Source: Naegleria gruberi | Lineage: Eukaryota | Length of the DNA stretch: 64,000 nucleotides | Direction: 5' to 3' (one strand) | Assembly: GCA_000004985.1 (NCBI GenBank) | Contig: GG738852.1 | Part shown: positions 58,150-64,000 of the stretch, piece after piece | Layout: each line of letters opens with the position of its first letter | Numbering within the stretch: the stretch's first letter is position 1 | Notes under the pieces: model-generated | Databases searched by the model: none | What the model was told of the DNA's origin: nothing | Seen by the model: the letters and a program-made list of their open reading frames with translations, nothing else | Position numbers and translations under genes: made by a program

Positions 58150-58875
58150 TTACTTCTTTCTAAGGAAGGTTGCTCCATCTCCAATAACCTGCATTGATAT
58201 GTCCCATCTTTCATCAGTGTGTAACTGTTCGTTCATTTGTCTTATAATGTCAGTACCAGGAGAATGATCATCCTTGTCCATCACTTTAGTGGACCAAATA
58301 ACATTGTCAATAACCAACAAGCCATTCTGTCTCAATAACTTGTAAGCATACTCAACATATTCAAGTTGGTTATCCTTATCAGCATCAATGTATATGAAAT
58401 CGAATAGTTGTCCTTCCTTTTCAAGTTCCTTAAGAGAATCCAATGCAGGTTGCAAACGAAGATTAATTCTATCACTAACACCAGCCTTTTCCCAGTATGG
58501 TTTTCCAATACTGGTCCACTCTTGAGAAATATCTAAAGTTACTACCTTTCCTCCAACATTTTCACTTGCTAATGCAAAGCTTAGAGCTGAATATCCTGTA
58601 AAGCAACCAATATCAAGAATATTTGAAGCTCCCATCAATTTGATGATCATTTGTAACAATTGAGTTTGTTCTGGAAAGGACAGCATATATCCAGTCAATC
58701 CAAGCTTTTCCATTGTAACTTTTCTCAATTCTTCTAATACTGACTGCTCCCTCATACCAACTTGTCTCACATAGTTCAAGATTGGTTCCTCTACCAAGTA
58801 TCTGTATTTGATTCCTCCAATGTTTAGTGTTGTGCTCATTCTTTTTGATTTGTTATTGTCTTTCCAATAAGTCAT
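58150..58875 (-). CDS. Cation-dependent class I SAM-dependent O-methyltransferase (family 3; caffeoyl-CoA OMT / COMTD1-like), 241 aa from the first ATG or 229 aa from the second
   Basis: SAM-binding motif ILDIGCFTGYSALSFA. Strong match to the CCoAOMT core FDFIYIDADKDNQLEYVEYAYKLLRQNGLLVIDNVIW (cf. [37 protein letters not shown]) and C-terminal VIGDGATFLRKK (cf. PVGDGITLCRR). No introns. A TATAAATA on the coding strand sits only 10 bp upstream of the first ATG (58875) and ~53 bp upstream of the second in-frame ATG (58839), which favours the second ATG. Confidence 0.88.
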   Translation of the reverse strand: MTYWKDNNKSKRMSTTLNIGGIKYRYLVEEPILNYVRQVGMREQSVLEELRKVTMEKLGLTGYMLSFPEQTQLLQMIIKLMGASNILDIGCFTGYSALSFALASENVGGKVVTLDISQEWTSIGKPYWEKAGVSDRINLRLQPALDSLKELEKEGQLFDFIYIDADKDNQLEYVEYAYKLLRQNGLLVIDNVIWSTKVMDKDDHSPGTDIIRQMNEQLHTDERWDISMQVIGDGATFLRKK

Positions 58876-58884
58876 ACCATTGAT

Positions 58885-58892
58885 TATTTATA
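58885..58892 (-). promoter_or_regulatory. TATA-like element (TATAAATA on minus strand) upstream of the O-methyltransferase gene
   Basis: Plus-strand TATTTATA at 58885-58892 is TATAAATA on the coding strand of the downstream minus-strand gene. Spacing fits initiation at the second ATG. Confidence 0.3.
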
Positions 58893-59281
58893 GGTCAGTA
58901 TGATCGGCCAGTTTCTTTCTCAATCCTCTCTGGAATCCAATTAGATGAAATGGTCAATTTTGCCAATGTATAAATTAAAGTGCGTCTAAAAAGTCCATTT
59001 CACATGAGATTTGTCTGTACAGAAATTTTTACAATATTAATACTCTCTTTACATGAACCCTTACTCTTTTCTCAATCTGCTTCAATCTCCTCAATAAAAA
59101 AAATCTCAATCAGTAAGAACTTTGCCCTAGCGCTGGAAAGCACGTTGAGTTCTCTTCTCGATAAAAATAGTGCCACCAAAGCTTTGCAAAAAAAAGATTC
59201 TCTTCATCATTCCGTACAAGTCCTGTCTTCTTGAAAAAAGTGGTTGATTTCTCTCTTCAAAAATTTTCATCATCAATATAG

Positions 59282-59300
59282 ACAACAACAACAACAACAC
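59282..59300. repeat. (CAA)6 trinucleotide microsatellite in the OMT / hypothetical-gene divergent intergenic region
   Basis: acaacaacaacaacaacac read directly; non-coding (between minus-strand start 58875 and plus-strand start 59428). Confidence 0.7.
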
Positions 59301-59427
59301 CTATAATTATATTGACAATAGTTATTATTGATAGAGTGTAAATAATAGTATACTACTAACAAATTTAATATTTTGAGAGGAGGAAACGGAAATTCGTTTT
59401 TTTGATCATCTAGCCTTTTTATTGTGA

Positions 59428-60357
59428 ATGACATCACGACAATTAAGTTTGACCTGTAGTTTTGGGTGCTACTTTATGACTACTCGTTTTGATGAGCAAC
59501 AATGTCTCGGTACATCACTGACAAACAGTGATCACTCTGATAATGGCACAGCAGTTGATAATGTGTCGGTCACTTCTTCTTGTTCTTCCTCATCGTCAAC
59601 TTCCTCGAGTAACAATGATGTTGCAAGTAGTGATAAACAACAGCAAGTGGAACCATTCTATCACAAAATTCAAGAATTGTGCTCTTCAAGCCTACTAAAG
59701 TATAATCATGGAAAATATTATTATGCATTGCAAAGTTTCAATGAGTGTTTATCTATGGTTGAGAAGGAATTATCAAAACAAGGATTAGATTTGAACCATT
59801 CTACATTGGAAACAAATCAACCACAAGACAATACCAAAGCACTATACTTTTCAAATCAACTCTTAGACAACTCGAGTAGTACATGCCTTGTTGAACATAT
59901 CAATGAGGACTTTTTTGCAAACCTTTCCGATACATCACAAAACTATTACCTCTATTTATATTATCAATTGTGTTTCCAATTAGCCAAATGTCACTTTAAG
60001 CTAGGTCAATTAAGCAAGGCTTATTTTTATTTGTATAATATCTGTTCGAGATGTGAGAATATTACAAACGATCTTGAATATTCACTTCTCTTACATGAAG
60101 TAGAGCAAATGGTACTTTTTGATAAAGTGATAGACGATAACAAAACCACCTACAGTGAAGAACTAGAGAACTACAGATCACCAAAGAGGAAAAACTCCCT
60201 ACCAACAAGTAATGTTATACAATCGAGACTCAATCCAGCTATTCCAGCAAGCCACACTATTAATCCCAAATTATATTTCCCCTTAACTTATACTCCTGAA
60301 CAACGAGACGATTGGCAGTCCACATTTATGAAATATCAAAAGAAAGTTTGTAAATAA
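59428..60357 (+). CDS. Hypothetical protein, 309 aa; S-rich N-terminus and Y/L/C-rich helical region (possible TPR-like repeats); function unknown
   Basis: Uninterrupted ORF, TAA stop. Segments YYYALQSFNECLSMVEKEL and YYLYLYYQLCFQLAKCHFKLGQLSKAYFYLYNICSRC look like amphipathic helix-repeat units. No recognisable catalytic motif. Start could instead be the internal Met (MTTRFDEQ). Confidence 0.5.
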   Translation: MTSRQLSLTCSFGCYFMTTRFDEQQCLGTSLTNSDHSDNGTAVDNVSVTSSCSSSSSTSSSNNDVASSDKQQQVEPFYHKIQELCSSSLLKYNHGKYYYALQSFNECLSMVEKELSKQGLDLNHSTLETNQPQDNTKALYFSNQLLDNSSSTCLVEHINEDFFANLSDTSQNYYLYLYYQLCFQLAKCHFKLGQLSKAYFYLYNICSRCENITNDLEYSLLLHEVEQMVLFDKVIDDNKTTYSEELENYRSPKRKNSLPTSNVIQSRLNPAIPASHTINPKLYFPLTYTPEQRDDWQSTFMKYQKKVCK

Positions 60358-60480
60358 TGTAAAACAATTAATGTAAATAGTATTTGTTTCTCGAATTTTT
60401 TATTCAATTTAGTTCTTCAACAGACAGAGTATAGATACAGAACTAGTAACTTGAATCTTTAAAGAATATGATATTTTATT

Positions 60481-61257
60481 TTACAAACTAGAGATGACAG
60501 AATCAATAACCTTTTCAAAAGTAGCATCACTTTCAGCAGCAATTGAACAAAATTCAATATTAACTGGAATGTTTCTGAATGTACTCCATCCTTCAAAAGT
60601 GAATTCCTTAGATTCAATCAATGGATTTGGTGCTGAGCTTGCATCTTCATCAATAGATTGATGTTGGTGTTTCTTAGTATTGTGAATAGTAATTAATTCC
60701 TTTTCAAGATCTCTCTTAATTTGATTCTTTACATAGAATGAAATATCGGACTTGTTGAAAATAATTGTAATTGCTGGTTTGACTTCATCTGTCAATTTTC
60801 TATCAGTCAAAATATCATATAAAAATCTATATATTTCAGAAAGAAAATAATCTCATTTCTAGTTATATTAAACTTACTCAGCATTTGCAGAAATATCCAA
60901 TTCAGAAGAGTCCAAAACATAAATCAATTGTTTGGTAATTGGTAAATATTCATTGATCAATTGTTTTCTAACTCTGGTAGAACCAGGAATATCAACAACC
61001 TCAATTTCCTTATCAAAGCTCTTATTTCCGAACTTGATTTTTGGAACAAACTTGGCATAATTTTCCTTTACGCTAGTGTGGCTTTGCACAATTTTTCCAT
61101 CCTTCAATTTAAAAAACAAGCATGTTTTTCCTGACTGACACAATCCGGTAATCATCAATGCATTTCCTTTCTTTGTACTCTTTCCCTTCAAAAAGATAAA
61201 AGCAATTGCTACAATCACCAACAATCCGATAATTGCAGTGAGAAGTGTTGCGTCCAT
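60481..61257 (-). CDS. SRPRB: Signal recognition particle receptor beta subunit (SR-beta, SRPRB/Srp102-like small GTPase), 241 aa. CDS complement(join(60481..60826, 60878..61257)); one 51-bp intron (60827..60877)
   Basis: N-terminal TM helix (LLTAIIGLLVIVAIAFIFL). P-loop MITGLCQSGKTCLF (cf. SR-beta VGLCDSGKT). After splicing ...DISANAE-FLYDILTDRKLTDEV... (cf. human AEFLYQVLID). G4 motif NKSD and LEKEL block (IKRDLEKELITIHNT cf. IQQQLEKELNTLRVT). C-terminal KEFTFEG...IEFCS (cf. KEFEFSQLPLKVEFLECS). Intron read on minus strand: GCT GA|GTAAGTTTAATATAACTAGAAATGAGATTATTTTCTTTCTGAAATATATAG|A TTT. Confidence 0.85.
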
Positions 61258-61435
61258 TTTTTTTTAATCTATTTTTTATTTGTGTTCAAAGCTTCAAATA
61301 AGTTGTTCTTTGAAAGTGACGTCAATCTTTAGAAATGGTTGAAATTTTGAAACTCTGAATTATTTAATTTAATAAATTTAAAACAATTGATGACGAGTAA
61401 CAAAAGAGAGGAGTGTAAAAGTGAGCACCTAATGT

Positions 61436-62377
61436 TTGAAAAGTAGCGCCAAATTTTCAAATTTTAAGGTTGAAAAAAATAGGTTGAGTGAGTTATTAAG
61501 TATTGAGAATAAAGGCTTGATGGAAATAGTAACGGTATCTGATTTATCACTTTCCGAAGTGAAGGAAACAATGATTCAACAATGGAACAAACAATATACT
61601 CTGTGGGTTGAGTTTTGCTCTGTGTTTCTTTCCAAGAATACTAAAGTCACCGAATACATTTTACAGTTGTGCAGGAAGAATATTAAATGTAAAAATCCCT
61701 TAATTCATTATCATTCATTATTGATGATGTTTAAGGTATTGAAAAAGTGAGTACATCTAGAATTTCGATTTGTTCAAATGGCCACATTCTTCTTTAGAAA
61801 TTTGACAGAATATGATCCAACCCTCCTCGGATCAACATGTATCAATGTCCAGAGTAAGAGATTTGGAGAGGAAGGAATAGCTTTGGAATCAATTTTAAAT
61901 ACGACCAATAAGTATAGAAGAAAGCATAATTTGAATGAATTGACTGAAGAGAGCGTTAGAGAGTATGAAGTTCAAATTCTTGAAATAATAGAATATGAAA
62001 TCAATACAATATCATTGTTTGATTTTGTAGAGTTGCTCACTGGTTGTGTGTACGACTTGTCTTGCCCTCAAGTTATTCCCTTTGTGAAGGAGAAGTTTAT
62101 AGCGATGGCTTCAAAGCTTTACGATTACTTGTTATTTAAACCAGGTTTCTTGTCTCTCCAAAGAGATCCATGTTTGTTTGCAAGTACATTGATCTTTCTT
62201 TCCTCCAAGATTATAACCTCAAAGAGAAATGAGGCACTCCTGTCATGGCGTAAGTAATTTGTAATCAACTTTCTTAATATTTTGTTTGTCTACGGCTCAG
62301 TTTCTCATTTGTGTGAATGCGAAGTAAAAACAATCGAACAACTTGCTAATGAAATAGAACAACTCATTAAAGATTAA
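61436..62377 (+). CDS. CCNH: Cyclin H (CDK7-activating cyclin, CCNH/Ccl1-like). Exons 61436(?)..61746, 61798..62249, 62301..62377; two 51-bp introns (61747..61797 GTGAGT...TTTAG; 62250..62300 GTAAGT...CTCAG). 5' start not resolved
   Basis: Conserved blocks vs my recollection of human cyclin H: SSAKFSNFKVEKNRLSEL (cf. SSQKRHWTFSSEEQLARL), LWVEFCSVF (cf. LLEFCSVF), MFKVLKK-NLTEYDPTLLGSTCINVQSKRFGEEG (cf. [34 protein letters not shown]). Both junctions keep frame: ...KVLK-K-NLTEYDP and ...LSW-L-SHLCECEVKTIEQLANEIEQLIKD*. No in-frame ATG precedes the conserved N-terminal block; TAA lies in frame at 61430-61432. The start is therefore an upstream micro-exon, an internal Met (MEIVT, 61520), or non-AUG. 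Confidence 0.7.
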
Positions 62378-62577
62378 ACCTCTTTCCAACTATCATGTGA
62401 ATCTTGTACCAGAATACAGCATGATTAAAATCGATCTGATAATTAAACAGTGACAACGAGATTGCTTGTCATCAAAACAACCCATCCCAAATCACCATCA
62501 AATGTTTCGTGGCTTGATTTTTAACATCACTCTAAAAAATATCCAAATCCCACCACCTCTTTTTCTCTGTCTAAAAA

Positions 62578-63481
62578 ATGGTAGGTTTTCTCATCAAGAT
62601 TTTGACAATCTAAAACAATATCTAATGCTAATGATGGTGATCATCAACATTCAATATATTGCGATAATCTAATATTAATAACAATAATACTATCATCATC
62701 ATGTTGATGTTAATATTTTTTATTTATTTCATGATGGATTTACAACAACAATAATAACAACTATTTGATGACGTGATGATTACCATAATATTACTGTGGC
62801 TAAACATTCTCTGCTATTTGTTATATTATAGACTACAACTGCTCAACCATACTACGATTGTATCCGTAAATCCCTCGAAGCTGCTTTGTGTCTTGAAAAC
62901 TTCCCATCTCAAGTCATTGAAAGACACAACAAGCCAGAAGTTGAAGTTGGGTACGTGTTAAAGAGTATTTCTAATCATTATTAACAAACCTATTCTACTC
63001 GTTATTTGACAATATATGTTGTGAAATTGTCAATTTGTGGATTAATGATGGCTCATTGTAATACACTTTGGATTTTAATGATATTCAACTAAACAGTACA
63101 AGCAGGGAATTGTTGCTCAACCCAATCATTATCAGCAAGGATAAATTTGATCGTTGCATGATTGAAGGATCAGTCAACTCTGTCAGAATCAGTCTTTCAT
63201 TCAAGAAGAACGACGATGTTGAAAGAATTATCTATAAGCGTTTTATGCACTTTTTGATGCAAAGAGCTGAACAATTCTTAGTTATGAGAAGAAAGCCAGT
63301 CGAAGGATATGATATCAGTTTCCTTGTTACCAACTTCCACATTGAAGATATGTTCAAGCAAAAGTTGATTGATTTCATTATTGGATTCATTGAAGACATT
63401 AACAAGGACATTAACAACATGAAGTTGCAATCAAGTGCTCGTGCTCGTGCTGTTGCCAAGAAGTATCTCGGAGCTTACTAA
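62578..63481 (+). CDS. ARPC4: Actin-related protein 2/3 complex subunit 4 (ARPC4, p20), 168 aa. CDS join(62578..62580, 62832..62950, 63097..63481); exon 1 is the start codon only; introns 62581..62831 (251 bp, GTAGGT...TATTATAG) and 62951..63096 (146 bp, GTACGT...AAACAG)
   Basis: Spliced product [122 protein letters not shown]...[14 protein letters not shown] is collinear with human ARPC4 ([73 protein letters not shown]...[18 protein letters not shown]). Total 507 nt = 168 codons + TAA, the same length as human. Junction phases verified from the sequence. Confidence 0.85.
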
Positions 63482-63698
63482 ATTATTTAGTGTCAACCAC
63501 CTGTCTGACACAACTTGTAACATTTTAATTAAATTATTTATACATCATACACTTGTAAAATCATTATTTCTCATTCAGTAACTTGTAATTATTCACTATG
63601 ACATTTTGCCACTACTTCGTTTCTGGAAAGGAACATTCAGCTCCACTAGTCTATTATTATCAAAATTGCTGAATCATAACAACAAAAAAATACACTGA

Positions 63699-64000
63699 AC
63701 ATCATAACAATGCCACCAAAGAAGAATAACAATCCTTCTCTCAACAAGGTCTCAAACAAGACCATTACTGTCGGAAATGTGCAAGGAGAACTTGTATTTA
63801 ATGGTGGATATCTCGGATTGAAGGGTGATCTTGTGGAAAGATGTTTGGACAATTTTCAGGATCAAATCAATGAACACTGTCCAAGCGAATATAAGAAAAA
63901 GAAGGATGACAGAGACAAGACTTCACATCATCACATTACTCTCATGTTAAAGCAAGATATCAAGAAGGCAACTGAATCTCTTAAAGATTCTTATCCATCT
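63699..64000 (+). CDS. 5' fragment (>=100 codons, open to window end) of a protein-coding gene; product unknown. An HHHITL (H-x-T-x-like) motif weakly suggests a 2H phosphoesterase-type fold
   Basis: ATG at 63699 in A-rich context (CATAACAATGCC). Frame stays open to position 64000 (MPPKKNNNPSLNKVSNKTITVGNVQGELVFNGGYLGLKGDLVERCLDNFQDQINEHCPSEYKKKKDDRDKTSHHHITLMLKQDIKKATESLKDSYPS...). Not in the ORF track because there is no stop inside the window. Confidence 0.45.

Noticed and set aside
58980-59234. 84-aa plus-strand ORF between the OMT and the 309-aa gene
   Set aside because: Starts at GTG (no ATG); sits in the divergent promoter/5' UTR region. Low-complexity S/L-rich product with no homology. 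Most likely non-coding.
60481-61257. Two separate minus-strand ORFs (109 aa and 127 aa) as independent genes
   Set aside because: They are the two exons of one SR-beta gene. P-loop and TM in the upstream ORF, NKxD and C-terminal motifs in the downstream ORF, joined across a 51-bp GTAAGT...ATAG intron with conserved AEFLYDIL at the junction.
61436-62257. Two separate ORFs (104 aa and 159 aa) as independent genes, with TTG at 61436 as start
   Set aside because: Same frame, separated only by a 51-bp GTGAGT...TTTAG intron. Together with a third exon (62301..62377) they form cyclin H. The TTG start is an ORF-caller artefact.
62466-62961. 68-aa and 62-aa plus-strand ORFs upstream of or overlapping ARPC4 exon 2
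   Set aside because: They lie in the ARPC4 intron 1 / exon 2 region in the wrong frame. The conserved ARPC4 reading frame explains this interval.
63232-63852. Minus-strand ORFs of 75 aa and 68 aa
   Set aside because: Antisense to ARPC4 exon 3 and to the 3'-terminal partial gene respectively; no independent support.
51200-64000. Searched for CRISPR arrays, direct or inverted terminal repeats, tRNA/rRNA genes, Shine-Dalgarno or operon structure
   Set aside because: No regularly spaced direct repeats and no RNA gene signatures were seen. Gene structure is eukaryotic (spliceosomal introns, monocistronic, mixed orientation), so prokaryotic feature classes do not apply.

Overview
Positions 1-51199 are an unresolved N gap; only 51200-64000 (about 12.8 kb) is real sequence. 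That 12.8 kb is compact, AT-rich (roughly one-third GC) eukaryotic nuclear DNA, not prokaryotic. Short GT-AG spliceosomal introns (51-251 bp), A-rich contexts before ATG, TAA-dominated stop codons and N-rich/KKE low-complexity proteins support this. I find about 11 protein-coding genes, roughly 1.2 kb per gene, two truncated by the window/gap edges. Six are recognisable from conserved motifs. (1) A TBC-domain Rab-GAP with a C-terminal TM anchor (TBC1D20/Gyp8-like, 1 intron). (2) A DUF4201 CCDC113/CCDC96-like ciliary coiled-coil protein. (3) A cation-dependent class I SAM O-methyltransferase (CCoAOMT/COMTD1-like). (4) SRP receptor beta subunit (2 exons). (5) Cyclin H (at least 3 exons, 5' start unresolved). 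(6) Arp2/3 complex subunit ARPC4 (3 exons, exon 1 is the ATG only). The rest are lineage-specific low-complexity or coiled-coil hypotheticals. I see no CRISPR, mobile elements, tRNA/rRNA or any prokaryote-style defence or accessory system; this is an ordinary housekeeping neighbourhood. The notable points are in gene architecture: a start-codon-only exon; three introns of exactly 51 bp that each carry an immediate in-frame stop; a conserved cyclin H N-terminus with no in-frame ATG; 3' ends converging within 40 bp; and a ~130-nt near-homopurine tract encoding a KKE repeat. The organism cannot be named from the sequence. The CCDC113/96-like gene implies a lineage with motile cilia or flagella.
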